Shown here: one piece after another, positions 1 to 15,388 of the stretch | Layout of the letters: the number at the start of each line of letters is the position of its first letter | How positions within the stretch are numbered: the first letter of the stretch is position 1 | Assembly (NCBI GenBank): GCA_013239625.1 | Contig: MU054212.1 | Location: 1,116,001 to 1,180,000 of the forward strand | DNA length: 64,000 bases | Source of the DNA: Lama guanicoe | Lineage: Eukaryota | Direction of reading: 5' to 3' | Notes under the pieces: generated by a model | Told to the model about the DNA's origin: nothing | The model's database searches: none | Seen by the model: only the letters and a program-made list of their open reading frames with translations | Made by a program: the position numbers and the translations under genes

Positions 1-824
1 CCAGGTGCATGGGGTTTCTAGAGACAATGTTTCAAGGAGGGAAAGATGTTTCCATTGCGCTGATTTTTCACTTAGATGAAAAGATGGTACGTGAAGTCCA
101 AATGGCCAGGCCAGGGCACCATGAATCATTCATAGCCTTGGCTCTCCGGAATCTAATTTTAGTCAGAAACAAGAAGCAAAGGTAGCAACACTGGGCCCTC
201 AGTTCAGCCTCTTTCATCTCCCAGAAGGACAGAGGAAGCGCGGAAAGAGCGGAGACGGGGAAGCCAGGCTGATCAGCTCTTGACTGACATATGTCTGTTC
301 GGGAAAGGCAGAGTTCTGTCTTTCATTCCTTCACAGATTTGTATTTGCTGGATGCCTGCTGTGTGTAAGGCAGGATGATGAGGGATAAGAAGCAGGAAAG
401 AGCATTCTAGTGGGGACCCTGCTGGCAAACCAAGCGATCACGTTGTGGGCCGGGAGCCTGGGAAGGCACGTCCGTGTGGAGCTGCGGAGTGGGAAACAGC
501 GACTGTCCCGGCGCGAGTGCAGGGAGGTGGGAGCCTGCGCAGTGCGCGCTGGGAGGCGCTGGTGGAGCTGGCTGTGGGGGGTGAGTGCTGCTGCGGGTTC
601 TTCCCGAGGGACTTGACCTTCCTAATTCTTGCAGGTTCGAATACCCTGTTAAGCGGGGGTAAACAAACTCTTCTTTGCTGTAGCATGTGAGTAGGTGCCA
701 AATAGGTGGAAGAAAAAATTGTGGCATAGGGTTAACATTTCAAATAAATTGAGTTTACTGATCCCTGCCCACAACATACCCCGCCCTCAAAGAGGAAAGT
801 TCATGAGCATCTGAGCATTGGGTA

Positions 825-846
825 TGTGTGTGTGTGTGTGTGTGTG
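825..846. repeat. (TG)n microsatellite
   Basis: About 11 TG units. Confidence 0.9.
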
Positions 847-1643
847 CGCCTGCTGTCCCTCCCATGCACACCCCCAGCAAACACACACGTTCACTTGGGA
901 CGTAACCTCAATTTCCAGTAAAGGACTGACTAAATACATGGTCATTATAAAAAAAAAAAGCAAAAGCAGTGTATTATTTACACAATGACAAAAACAGTAA
1001 AATTATTTTTAGGAGGCAGTTCTAACTTGCTTTCCCTTTGCTGCAATTTACGAGGATTTGGATTTTTGTATTGGTTGTGAATTTGAAGCAGAACGTTTAT
1101 TTTCTTATATTCTTTAAGTTGAATTGGTATCAGTTTCATTTGGCTTCATATTTGGCTTACATATAAAATTGGATAATGACTATTACAGTGGGGGATGACT
1201 GACTTGAGGGAGGCATTCTTAAAGTCTTTTGGATGGAATAAGTGAGTTTGCAAGGTCTGGCTTAGTGGTAAAATCCTTTACTCTAAAAATAATACTTGTT
1301 TTATGTGTATGAAGTTTTGAACATGTTTTGCATTTTAAAAATGAGTATTAATCGTCCTCCTTTGGCCATGTATCTGCAGATGTCGGATAGGTTTACTAAG
1401 GCAGTGTCTATTACAATATGACTTTCTGCTCCTTGCTTGGAAGACTTGGGGGCAGACTTTATCCTGGTAGACAGACCTGTGAACTTCCTTGCCTCTTTTA
1501 CTTTTTACTTAGGGTAATTTAATCAACTTGAAGACCTTAACAACTTCTGACCAATTATTAGGAATATACAGTATCCTGGCATAGCAAATTTTTTAAAAAT
1601 AAAGTTTTACAATAAAAATAATTTTATTTTGTTTTCTTAACAG

Positions 1644-1692
1644 AAATCATAGCCCATTAATGAGTTTTGGAGCCAGCTTTGTCAGTTTTTTG
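1644..1692 (+). CDS. TTC39C: TTC39C coding exon 2 (49 bp), (R)NHSPLMSFGASFVSFL
   Basis: ttaacag acceptor and gtaagt donor; translation matches remembered TTC39C N-terminus; phase joins exon 3. Confidence 0.93.
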
Positions 1693-3459
1693 GTAAGTTC
1701 ATGTGGGAAGGGGTTTTGGTGGGAAGAAAACAAATACATAATGTGTCTTTTAGTGGTTACTGGCTTTATACACTATTGAGGAAGATCTTTTACAGTTAAA
1801 AACAAATCAAATGGTTGCCTCTTAACACTATGAGATATCCTTCCCTAAGTTTAAACATAAAATGCTTATGTGTTACTTCTGGAGTATTATTTTCCCAGCC
1901 AAAATCCTTTTTAAAATAAACATATAATCAAAAGACCTTTTCAAAAATTAAAACTGCGTTAGAGTTGGGAATGAAAGACTTTGGATAATAAAGGTCTGCT
2001 CTAACATTGCTGAGTAAATGTGGACTGAAAAACCAGTTAAATCAGCAGAGCTAAAGTTTGTCAGTTACTGTATACATTTTCAAATATTAATATTTAGGAA
2101 TTGAGGGAATAAGTTGCAGTTAGTTTTTAAAATAAATTGGGCAATGAAGAAAATTGGATGCTTTTATTTTTCAGAAACGTTTATCACACAAACTACTTTC
2201 AGACATGATTAAAGAAAAAACTGTCATAGAATTACATAGCAGCAGCAACAACAACAAAAATCACAGAGACTGAGAGAAGTAAAATGGAGAAGGCACTTAG
2301 ATTCCAGGTTTAGAAAGATCTCAGCAAATGGGCACGCTGGACGCAGCCTGACGGAACCCAGTCACAGCCAGCTTCTGGCGGCAGGGACTTTCATTCAAGC
2401 TACTTATTTATTCTTACTGCCAGGCAATGTAACAACATTTTTATTATGCTTTTTAAGGCCTACTCTTTGCAAGAAAACGTAGTTCCAGATCTTAAGGAAA
2501 GTGGTTCTGGGTGGGGGTTGTAATGAGTACCCACGTGACAAGAGAGGCGGTGAGGAAGATGTCACGGAAGGCGTGGCATGGTGGCGGCTGGGCGAGGAGG
2601 CTGTGGCAGAGTTGGGGTTTGGTTGGAAAATGTGGTGGGGACGCTTGGCCAAAGGTGGCTGTGGTCTGGTTTGGCTAGAATGGATAAATAGGTTAGAGTC
2701 ATACGAAGGAGGCCCAGGATGCTGGCCGGGGTGGGCAGGCTGAACGTGATAAGGAGCAGACAGTTAGTTACGATGAGTTCATTAGGTCCTTCCAAGAACC
2801 CGGTGTCCTGTCTCTGCCCCTGTGGCCCGTTTACCTCAGAAACCTCAGTCCTTCTGGGGGAAGTAGCAGATTTTCAGCGGAGGATCATTCCTCTATAGTC
2901 AAATGTGGCCTGAAGAAAATCTACCAGGATCAGGTGCTTGGAAACAAGCTGTCAGTGGAATTTTTTCACTGTGGACAATAAAAAATGAGTTTCTTATAAG
3001 TGAGCTGACTGGAATTGCTGTCCCTGAAAAGACTGATAATTTTCAAAGAGCACCTGCCAGCTGATGTTTTGTGCTGTATTTGATGGAGCCAGGGGTCCAT
3101 GTGTGGGTAGAAAGTAATTTTCATTGAGACCATTATAAAAACTGAATTAAGTGGACCAATCGGAAATTATATAGAGTTTTATTACTGCATTGAATAACCA
3201 AAAAATTATAGAACAGTGAGTGCAAGGACATTTGTTACCATGTTTTTTTCATGCTGGTGTAGTAGAGATATGTGCTTATTTCATACTGAGATTATAGGGC
3301 TTTTTTTTAATGAATAGGGTATGCTGTAGCATTCTGATTCTCTTACTTGCAGTATATCATTTAGATGGTTTTTTTCCCCCTAGTTTGGAGTTGTGTTGTC
3401 ATAAATTGGCCTCAATATTCAGACCCTTAACTGCTTCATTCTTATTTCTTTCTCGGTAG

Positions 3460-3657
<198 letters not shown>

Positions 3658-4239
3658 TAGAATATGGCTGAAGCACTCGATGTTGCGTACAGCTTTTGAT
3701 TATATAAAGTGTGTTTCTTGTCGCACTGGAACCCCCTTAGTCACGAGAGCTATTCAGTGCATGGTCTTCTGGTATCTTAAAATCCCCTTCTCCCATAGTG
3801 GGCCACGTGACAAGGGCTTTGGTAATGAGGCTTTCATATGTGTCTTTCAGATATGTTGCATTTTGGCATAATTCAGTAGTTCAGCTGGTTGCCTCCTTTC
3901 CTGAGGCCTCTCCAGCCCTGGTTACAAATAAAGTCACAGTGACATGAAAATCCACTTTCCCTGATTTTTCTTTCACCTTTCAGTGCCAGAGTTCCAGGCT
4001 TTGGAGAGACCTCCCCTACTGCTAATGTTTCTGGAGTGCCCAGAGGTCTCGTGTGTGTCACATGTTCAGCTGGCAGACCAGCCTGTTGGTCGCATATATA
4101 TCAGGAACCACTCGTCTTTTGTTCTCCTTCCTCTCAGTCCAGGTGGCTTCCCCTCTGCTCTTGCTTGTGGTGCTGGCCAATGAGAAGCCACTGATGGGCC
4201 CAGAGTACCATCTCCTGATGCTCCAGGAGGGCCAGAGTT

Positions 4240-4830
4240 CCTTGATTCCTCTCCCTCCAAACCCTGCGTCTAGTCAGTGACCAAGTCCTGTTGACTCTTT
4301 CTTGAAGATCTCCTGAATCCGTCTGCATCTTTCTGTCCTCACTGCCCTTTCCCTTAGCCAGTCACCATCTCCACTTGCCTGAAACAACCGTCACTGTCAT
4401 GATCCCTCCAGTCTCACTGTTATCTAATCATTCTCCAAAATACAGTCACTAACGGTGCAGATAACATGTTGCTGGTTTCATTTTCAGTGTCCCTGAACCC
4501 CGTCCCTTGCCATTGCACTAAAGTCCAAGCTCCTTAATGTGGCTGACTTGCCATTGACTTTTCTTCTGCTTAGAACATTCTTCTCCCTCTTGACCTGGTT
4601 TGTATTCCTTCTTTAGTTGTCCCTTGATGTCATTTCCCCCAAGGACTCTTGTCCGAGCCCCTAAACCCTGTTAGTATGCGTCCTACAGGCTCCCATAGTT
4701 CCTTGTACGTTATCCTTCAGAGCACTGACCACATTTTACACAGTTATCAGCATTCCCTCATTAGACTGTAAGTTTATTTACATATCTATCCTCAGTATCT
4801 AGTACCATGGCTGGCACCTATGTTAATAAT
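4240..4830 (+). mobile_element. Degraded LINE-2 fragment
   Basis: L2-like motifs (aagtccaagctcctta, tagactgtaagttt, atggctggcaccta); boundaries approximate. Confidence 0.5.
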
Positions 4831-5176
4831 TAACGTTTGTAATGGGTCCTTGCAATCTAAAAAGCATTTTCACATACAGTATCTCGTTAGCCCTTCCAAC
4901 AACCTTGCAGAGTAGCTGTTATTAAAAGCAAAGAAACAGAAGCATCAATCGTTGACATTTGCTTAAGCAAACAGTGATGGCTGCTGGAACTGGATCAGGA
5001 GCAACAGTGACCACGATGAATTATGCTAATCTAGAAAAAAGGGACACCATTTTCTCATGTATACTGGGTGAACTATTGTTATATTTGCAAAAATCCTGTA
5101 ATTTCTTATATCATTGTGAAAGCACACGAAAGCTATTTTGTTCAAGTTTACTTTGTATTAAGAGTATACTGTTCTA

Positions 5177-5862
5177 GTATGGAGGTTCCTTAAAAAACTA
5201 AAAATAGAGTTACCATGTGATCCAGCAATCCCACTCCTGGGCATTTATCCAGAGAAAACTCCTAATATGAAAAGACACTTGCACCCCAATGTTCTTAGCA
5301 GTACTATTTACCATAGCTAAGACACAGAAGCAATCTAAATGTCCATCAACAGATGAGTGGATAAGGAATTTGTGGTGTGGTATATATGTACATACACACA
5401 GACACACACACATATGTATGTATAAACGGAATACTACTCAGCCATGAATAAAAACAACATGGATGGTCCCTAGAGATTATATTTAGTGAAGTAAGATGGA
5501 GAAAGACAAATATCACATGATATCACTTATATGTGGAACCTAAAAAAAAATGATACAAATGAACTTATTTATAGAAAGGAAATAGAGTCTGACTTTGAAA
5601 ACAAACTAATGGTTATGATAGGGGAAAGGGGAGTGGGGTAGGGATAAATTAAGATTTTGGGATTAGCAGATACAAGCTACTATAAATAGAATAGATAAAC
5701 AACAAGGTCCCACTCTATAGGACAGGGAACTTTATTCAGTATCTTATAACCACCTATAATGGAAAAGAATCTGAAAAAGAATATATGTATGTATAACTGA
5801 ATCACTTTACTGCACTCCTAAAAACTAACACAACATTGTAAATCAACTATACTTAAAAAAAA
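5177..5862 (+). mobile_element. 5'-truncated LINE-1 (ORF2 end + 3' UTR + A tail)
   Basis: gatccagcaatcccactcctggg ORF2 signature; 3' UTR ending aatcaactatacttaaaaaaaa; flanking repeat actgttcta (5168-5176 / 5866-5874). Confidence 0.9.
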
Positions 5863-6049
5863 TGCACTGTTCTATTTCAGAGTGATTTTTCATCACATAG
5901 AGACATTCTTTATGAGAAAGTCCAACATCTTAGAAAAAGTCAAAAATTTTTTTTGGTTTTACTTTTTGCTTATTTTTTTATGGGTAGTCACCTTGGAGGT
6001 TGTGACTCAGATTTCGAGCTCAATTTGTGATTCGTTCAAAGCTAATTTT

Positions 6050-6166
6050 GGGGGTGGGGTGGGAAGAGGTAAATTAGGTTTATTTTTAGAGATGCTGCTG
6101 GGAATTGAACCCATATCCTTGTGCATGCTAAGCATACACTCTACCACTTGAGCTATACCCTCCCCC
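6050..6166 (-). mobile_element. tRNA-Ala-derived SINE (camelid vic-1-like)
   Basis: Reverse strand reads ggggagggtatagctcaagtggtagag...gggttcaattccc (A and B boxes); TSD ttcaaagct(a/c)atttt at 6035-6049 / 6167-6181. Confidence 0.88.
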
Positions 6167-6658
6167 TTCAAAGCTCATTTTTAATTTAGAATATTTTCTC
6201 CTTAACTAATAGGTAATCAGTTCCAGCCCTCACATCTCAGTTGCATGCACCAAAGGAATGAACCTTACTGTCAGTCCTGCCTGATACCACGTGTATAGAT
6301 ATGCCTACCGTATTAGGAAGGCAGATGGCTCGTGGTGGCTTTTCAGGTTATTTATCCTGGGACAGTGTTTTGTACCTTCAGTGATTTTCTTTTTGGGGGG
6401 GGGATAAGTAAGAACTTTCACAGTTTAAAAAAAATGATAAAATGCTGAAGTTCTGTACGGGTTTTCATAAACTCCGTTTTTATCATTTAGAATATTTGTC
6501 TCTGAGTTACCGAGCTCTTCAGCAGCACAGCATGACCAGAACAAAGCTCGCCTTGGTGGGACTGTGTGGAACGACCAGGCTCACGGGCTAAGCTTGGCCT
6601 TGGCTTTCAGTGACTGCCGTGTGTCACAATTCCCTTGCGACATTATTTTGCACAGTAA

Positions 6659-6991
<333 letters not shown>

Positions 6992-9900
6992 TGAAACCAC
7001 AAGGGCTCAATGTGTATTTAGCGGTGTAGTTTTTCATACCGAAATCCGTGTTTCATCCCCTTGTCTCCAGATACTCTGTCATGCTTAGAGACATGACCAG
7101 TGCCTTAGATTTTTTTTCTTAGTGGGAATCAAGTTGGGGTAATGATCCTTAAAAGTGAAACAGAATGGGTTTCAATGTAAGTTTTTCAGAAAGTTGTCAT
7201 TGAAGGCCTGAGCCTGTACTAAAGATTTCCTACTATACTTGAATGACCTGTGCTTTAACAACCCTTAGTGAGGAGTATAAACTAATTTCTTACTTCATTT
7301 GCCCAAGACAGATGTTTTCCAGGATTTTGTAGCTTTAATATCTCAAGTGATAATAGACTTGGACTGAGGGCCTCAGAACTCGCCATGAGGTTAACTTCGG
7401 CACTTCACTTACATGATTTTATGTCTGATTATGATGGCAGAAACCTGCCTCTTTGGTAGATAGGATTTACTTGAAAAAAATGAAAATTCAAAAAGGAAAT
7501 CAACTGGAATTCACAATGAGAAAAGCATTTTCTTCCAAACCTTAAATGAAGAAGGGAGGGTATGTTGCCAAGTCACAGTATACACTTTTCTTTCTAGACG
7601 GCTGGAAGCCACGTTTCCCCTCCCTTTGCTTTCTTCTCTCTCTCTCTCCATTCAGACTTGAGGATGCTTTGTTTCTGTTTGGCCCAAGTCAAAAGTAGAA
7701 TGTACCTTTTCTTATGACCTCCAAAATTTGGACTTCCTGCAAATTATATTTTTCTGTGTTTTATGATTGTACTGTGGCCTTTTCTTTTTGATCCATTTTT
7801 TTCTCTTTAATCCTTATCTCAGGACTCTCCCAGTAACTAACTTATGTGGTTGAGGGCTCAAAGCTCATGTGAATTTGAATGTGAATTTGCTGTAATATCA
7901 TGATGTGAAATTGCCCATTTGGTGCTCCATATGTAAAAGAGCAGTGAATAGATCTGGGCCTCTTTGGTTGAGACAGAAGCTCTAATGTCTTCTGTGACGT
8001 TGGACAACTTTTTTCCTGAGACTCAAGGACTTTTCTAAGGACCTCATTTTAGCCATTAAGAAAATACCGATTGAGAGAAACAGATGAATCAAACGTAGTA
8101 AAAATGTCTGGGGAATCAGGGTGAAGGGTATCTGGGAGTTCCTTGTGTTAATCCGTCTTTCACGTGTTCATTCACTGGTCCATTCAGCAGATAACAACAG
8201 AGCACACCCAACGCCGAGCACCGTGTTACGTGAGCGCGTGTAGACAATGGTCCTTGCCCTTGTGAAATTCAGAATCACCATTTAGTACTCTTACTTTTAA
8301 AATCACTCTGATTGTAAAATGACTAAATGTTATAGAAAATTTGGAAAATATAAAAATTTAAAAAGCAAGTCATTTGTGTTCTTACCACTTGGAGAAAATC
8401 CCCCCCCTTTTTTTTAAGGGTTTTAAAGTTTTATTTTCAATTAGATAAGCCAATAAACCAATCCTTTTTTTCCCTGCCCTTCCCTTATGTCCCCCAAGTT
8501 CTGCAGAGTCGTACCTGCCAGCCTTTCACCATTATGCTCCCCGAGAAAATCACTATGGCTAATGTTCTGTTTTTATGTTTCTCTATGTTTCTTAAAAAGA
8601 ATTCAATCTGTGGTATTTTGTATCCTACTTTCCCTCTTAGATTATATTTCATGTATTTTTCCTATAACTCAGAGTTTCAAAATATAATTTTAAAAGCATA
8701 TTAGTTTGTCATGTGAATGTGCCCCCAGTTTATTTAACCAGTTCCTCTTGGGGCATTCAGGTGTTCTTTGCTAATTTTATGTTTTATCCATAAACTGTAT
8801 TTCTTTCACAGATATCTTCATGACCTTCTCCCTTTCTCCTAAAAGTTTGATATTAATCAATTATTTAAATTATTTAACCCAGTTTGTTGTAGATTTTTCA
8901 TAGCACTCTTGGTTTTTTCCTGATGCTGTATAATTTACTGAACCTAGTAGTGATATTGAAAGGAAACTGACAGACTGAAAACCTCAGATTCTAATAAACT
9001 CACGTGGTGGTCATTTGCTTTATGAATAGCTCAGTAATTTTTCAAAGAAACAACCAAAAATGTGCTTCATTTGCTTTTCAGAAACCCACTGGGTTATTAA
9101 ACTCTGAAAAATCTCCTCTTTGTTGAGATCCATTTCTTAAACTTCCCTGATGAATAATTTTCTTAGAAAAACTCCTTCTTGGACATGTTTGTTATAGGGG
9201 CTCCTACCACTCCTCAATCAGGTGGCACAGAAGTGGGGCGGGGGAGGGGATGCTCAGACTCACCCGAGCTCAGGGAGGACTGAGCCCCTGGCTGTGTTTA
9301 TGTTTCATACTTTCAAAAGAGCCCTTGTGCTTTATCTCCTTGAACATCCCTAATGAGTTGCGCCCATCATCTCTCTCCATTTTCCTGTACTGCTTTTTAA
9401 TTTACTCTAATCCAAAGGCTTTTTTTTTTTTTGCAGTGAGCACATATTAATTAGTTTTGTAACAAAAAGAATTCATTTTTAAAACTGATTTTATGGCTCT
9501 TGCCACCTTGTTTTATTATGTTTCCTTTATCTCCTTTCGGACTTGAAAATCGGCCCCCTGCCTTACTCTTCTTGGCATAATATATGCTCCATAAATTTTT
9601 CTCAAATGAAGTGGTTTTCCTTGTTTTCACTGGTGAGCCAGTTGAGGCTGAATGATTTGAGGTTGAACAGTTTATACAGCTTGTTAGTGATGGCAGAACC
9701 AGGACATGAGCCGTGAATTTCTTATTTCATACCTGAATCTCCAGCACTCACACCATTTTCCTATCACCTTAGTTTGGAGAGTGGTGGCTCATGCATCCAG
9801 ATGGCCCAGAACTCCTGCTTTCTCAGCGCCTTCTCCCTCAGCCCCCATGCCCCTTGCTCCTTCTGTCCTGTGGAATTCGCCTCTGGAAGAGTAGAACATC

Positions 9901-12900
9901 CTGCTGCTGACTCGCACACTGCTCCAATTGATTCTCTGCAATGCCATTGATGCCATCGGAGCGCGCTCTCTAACACATGCCCGCCTGTGCTTCAGACACT
10001 TGGCGGTTCTGCAGCATCACCTGCAAGCTGGAATCCAGCTTTCTTCCTCAGGTGCCATGGAAGGACCTGCCCCCTCCCCAGCCGCCTCTAGCTCAGCAGG
10101 GCTGCTTGCCACCCTCTGAATCCCCGGTTGCCTGCAGCCCTTGTGTGTGCCGCCCATGCCGTCGGGAGCGCCCCAACCTTCTCTTGCTCTCGTGAGTCTC
10201 CAGGTGCAGCCCAGCCTCCCTCCTTCATTGCCTGCTCTCTCTGCTCCATCATCTGGCCTTTGGCTCTGCTTGTACCCGGTACGTAGCCAGTTAGAGCTTA
10301 CATCACATCACAGTCCACACCTGTATTTCCACGTCTGCCTACAGTAATAGATGGAAACTTCTGGAGGGCTGGGACTGTGTCTGCCTGCTGTCTTTTTCCC
10401 TCCACATTTATTGAGCACTTACTATGTGTCAGATGCTGTGAGATGATAAATGCTAATGGTCTAGAGATGAATGGGATGTAGCTCTTGCCTCAGGGCACTG
10501 ATGGTTTAGCAGGTGAGAAAGAGGACTAAATAAATAATTCAGGGCGATACTTTAACCAGTAGATATATGAGTTAGTCAGAGAGGCTGCACAGGGAACGAG
10601 TGATTCCTAAGCTCTGCTGGGAAAGTCAAGGATCCCCGGTCCCTGAGCAGGATTATAAAGAGTAGAAGTCTGTTTCCTTCTCTGTGTCCCTGGCACTTGC
10701 TAAGGGTCCCTTTGCCTCATACGTGATGGGCGTATAATATGAATTAAAGGGAGGGATGGAGGAAGGATGATGGCATTTGGGAATGAGATGCATGATTTTG
10801 AGCCCCAAGAAACTCCAAGAATAGTTAGGGGTTGGAGAAGTGAGTCTATTAGAAATCTGTTGACCAGGGGTAAAGATGATAATGAGGAGGTGGGCTGACA
10901 AGTAAACACTAAATCATCTTTTTTTCTTCCAAAGTCTTTTATTTGGATCACAAGAAAGGCAAAGCTGAACATATACCTTCCATTAAGTGGTTACTCAGCG
11001 TCATCCAGGACCAGTGAACAGAGAGTGCTATGGTCGGACCTCTCACCAGAAACAATCTCCACTTAAAAAACAAAACAAAACAAAACAAACTACAAAATGT
11101 ATCCCAGGGTCCCTTTAGTGTAACTTGATATTTTCATTTTCTAGACAACCTTTGCCCTTTCCAGGGAGGGACTGCCCCCACCCCCCGTCGTGGAGGCAGG
11201 GTTTCCTGTCTCTCCTGCACCTCCAGCTGATGGAGGCTGGCCCTCACAGGGGAGGGCGCACGGTCTGAGGTTTTCCGCTCTCTGTGCCGTCCTCCATCGG
11301 GACAGTCACGCTGGCTGGATGATTTGTTTGCCCTTTCAGAGGAGGCTGTGCAGATTGAAGGGCCCCGTGCTCACCTGCTCGCCCTGCTTGCTCACCGGCC
11401 GAGCTGCTGTCCGTCAGTGGACTAAGCCTCTTTTCTGCAGGAGCTGAGCTTCCGTCGTGGGCCCTCACTCGGCCTTTGTTCCTCCCGCCAGGGCCTGGCT
11501 GGGCTCCGGTGTTTCGGTCACGGTCCTTGGGACAGGGAGCAGGGCGAGTCCTGGGGGCCTGTTTCCATGCAGAGCTAAACTTAAAATAGTGGTAGAGACA
11601 AAATCTCTGTCTACATGCTAACTTCGTTTGCCCAGATCTCATTTTCTTACCTTTGACTTGGTCAAAACTTTGAGCTCTGTTAACCCGGCTCCAGCTCGGG
11701 GCTTTAGTGCTTGCTGCTATGGGATCGAACATGTGCTTTTAAAATGAACATTAGCACCTAAGCTCCTGTCTTAGGCAAGAAATTAAAGGTGTTGAATTAC
11801 TTTTATTTTTATTCTATAAAAACGAGTTTTTACCATGTTGCTTTTTTTTTCTTCTTGTTTAACTGAATTCCAAGTGGTCAGCACTGATGGATTTTTATGT
11901 TTTCTTCTATTGCTGCCATCCGTATCCATAACTGACTCTGCCTGGGACCTGGATTACCATGATTTGATGCCTTAACACTAGTCCCCTTACCCCAGCCTGA
12001 GGGAGTCCCTGCAGGCCTCCCTCCCTTGGCCGGGCGTCAGGGGCCTCTGTCATCTGAGTGCGTCATCCCTGTGCCGGCTTGGCCCAGGGTGTCCCCTGTT
12101 TCACTCGGCCACTGAACAGCTTGTCCATCTGCTCCTTCATACTCGCGCTTCTGGAATGCTGCCCTTCCCTAAATGCTTCCTCAGTAAAGGGACAGTAGCC
12201 TGGAAAATACAAGATAAAACGGAGTTCAATTTTTCCTCTAAATTTCCAGCTAGGCGTGGGGACAGGAGGGAGTAAAGTTTTCCGCTGAAATCCTGCAGTA
12301 CTTATTTTGCACTTTTAAATTTATGCGTTTATTGCGTGGAAAGTAACTTCATGACAAAAAGGAAACAAAAAAGGACAGTTCACTCATAATCTCAACATTG
12401 TTTTCACTTTTTTATGTATGACCCAATGGAGCATATAAACATATACATATGGAGTCTTATGTCACACCCTAATTTTTTTCATTTGTTTTATTTTGTAATT
12501 TTATTGGCCTTTGAAGGCTGAGATTTGTGTCTTACAGTTCATTTGTCTCTCTCAGGTGCCAAGCATAGTCATAGGCACATGATAGGAACATAATAGCTGA
12601 TTAATGTTTTTAGAGTTTTGCAGATTTTCTTTTTCTCTTTTTATTTTCTATTTTTTTCTGTAGCCAATTATTTCTTTTTAATTAGATCCAATGGCTTGTG
12701 TGTTCCCAGGAATACATATTTTAGTTTCCTTTCTATTTCTGTTTTTCTATTCAGTCTTTGGCTTTTGGGATCATAAGTGAGAGGCATCTTTCTTACTGGC
12801 GTATTGGATTAACCTAAACATTATTAGCATACCAAGAAGTTTCAGGGTTTCCTCAAACCTTTCTTTTTCCCACAGTACTTCCATTTGGGAGGGGAAAAGT

Positions 12901-13271
12901 CGTGCCTCTCAAAGGCAGGATCTATGTCTTATTTCTCTTTGATTCTCCTAGAACAGTGTCTGAAATGTAATGTTTGCTCACTAGATATTCTTGTTAAATT
13001 GAACTGAATGAAAATAAATTGTTTCAGACATGTATTACTTTTATAACAAGTTATAAAAATAATCCCCCCCCCAAAGAAGCTTCTGTAGACTAATTTATCT
13101 TGCTGCTTCACCATGTCGCATAGCCATCTGTTCAGTGGACTCAGACTGCAGGACGTTCATCGCCCAGAACTTGTGGGATTCGTGCTGTGAATTGTGATCC
13201 CATAGGAGAAACAGTCATCATTTGCCAGAAAATTGATGCATTTAATTAAAATAGTAGCTTTTGAGTCCATG

Positions 13272-13815
13272 GATTGGGGGTAGTCCCAGCACCACCATAG
13301 GGTCCAGTGGTTTGCAAGGAGGACTCAGCGGGTGGTCGTACTCATGGCTGTGATTGGTCACAGTGAAAGGATACAGAGCAGAATCAGAAAAGGGAAAAGG
13401 CACCTGGGTGAAGACCAGGAGACTCAGCCACAGGCTTCCCAGGGTCCTCTCCCAGTGGAGCCACGTAGGATGCACTTAGTTCTCCGGACAGTGAGCTGTA
13501 ACAGCACCTGTGAAGGGTAGCCCACTGGGGAAGCGCGTTGGTGACTCAGCACCCAGAGTTTTTACTGGGGACCCACCATGTAGGCATCCCTTGCCTTGCA
13601 CATGCCCAACATCCGGACTTCCAGAAGGAGAGCAGGTGTCCAGCATAAAACGTTGTGTGTGCAGACCACATAGACACAGTAAGCCACTCTTGCCAGTTCT
13701 GGGAGTGATGAGAACCCTCCCAAATCTAAGTTCCCAGAGAGCAACCAAGGGCCGACCTTGTAAACAGGCCTCTGACAGGAGAGCAGGAGGCCTCGCCGTG
13801 TTCACTTTCCTGCAC
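13272..13815 (-). mobile_element. Solo LTR, MER21-like (ERVL class)
   Basis: Colinear with the remembered MER21 consensus (aaaggatacagagcagaatcagaaaagggaaaaggc; tcctctcccagtggag; aagttcccaga...ccaagggcc). Confidence 0.75.
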
Positions 13816-14992
13816 ACGCACGTATTCTTCAGTCGCTTTCAGTGTAGGGGTTGGACTTCTATAAATCAGATTTTGTGTTATGTTACATATTTTATGAAAC
13901 TGAAAAATAACTTCTTTTCCTGCTGTTGTAAAGGGCCTGGAAGCCTGGGACGGTGCATGTTGTGCTTTGGGGTCAGAGTACCAGAGCCATGTTGGTAACG
14001 GCGGGTAGGCGCTCTCCAGTAGTGACAAGAGAACCCTTGTTACAAAAATTCCTCAAGTACATGGTGACGCTGCACTCAGATCAGCACGAATGCATTGACT
14101 CCCCCATCCCTTCCCCATCACAGGAGAGGGTGAGGCAGGACCTGAGGGCTTGCCCAGGAGGGGCTGCTGGGATGTGGAGCAGGGCGGATCCACGTTCATC
14201 TCTAACCCGTCTGGGACACGTGTTCTCAAGGTGGCTCTGTTAAGAAAAACTGGCCTAATGGGAAATAATGGAAGTGGCTTTAAAAACAGATCTTCACCCC
14301 TTGGTGTGAAGTAGCTTCTGCTTTGCCAGCCTTCTCACCGGAGCTCCATGGGCTGGGACAGCCCTTGTCATAGACCAGATAAAGCCAGCTTGGTTAGGTG
14401 TGGTTTCGCCTAGAACAGGCATTGGATAGAGATGCACTGAGGATCCTTTCCATTCTTTGCATTTAACACTAATGAGTTTTTTGTTAAATAATCTGGCCAT
14501 TTGTTCACCCAATAAATAATAATTCATCCTTTTTGTTTTGCTTGCTATGTTTTTTGGCAAGTTGTCGTGCTTGGTGTTTGGGAATAAATATAGCAGCAAA
14601 TTTAGACTTAGAAGCTGCCTTTGAGGAGGGAGGAAACACAAAGTGGGCAGATTTGGGTTTTATCAGGAAAGCACCGTTACAGTTCAGGGGTGTGGTAAAG
14701 GGTTTCACGAAACACATGGGGAAGAGTTGGATTCGAATGAGGACTGCATTTGTTCATTCAGTGAAAGTTACATATACTGTGCCCTCGCTACCCCGTGAGG
14801 GGCTCAGTACAGCAGTGAACAAAAAAATACATGCTTCTTGCCAAGTGGTCATGTGGAGCAGTAAAAGGAAACACTGCAAATAGGGGACTTGAAGCTGTAT
14901 GAAGAAGTGTCATGATAGATAATTTTTAAGAATTTTGTTTTTTCAGGTCATTCCTCAGTATCTTTATTATGAATGTAGGGAAATTACTTTAA

Positions 14993-15388
<396 letters not shown>

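Noticed and set aside
13242..14028. Overlapping ORFs up to 162 aa
   Set aside because: They lie mostly in a MER21-like LTR remnant and show no gag/pol/env similarity
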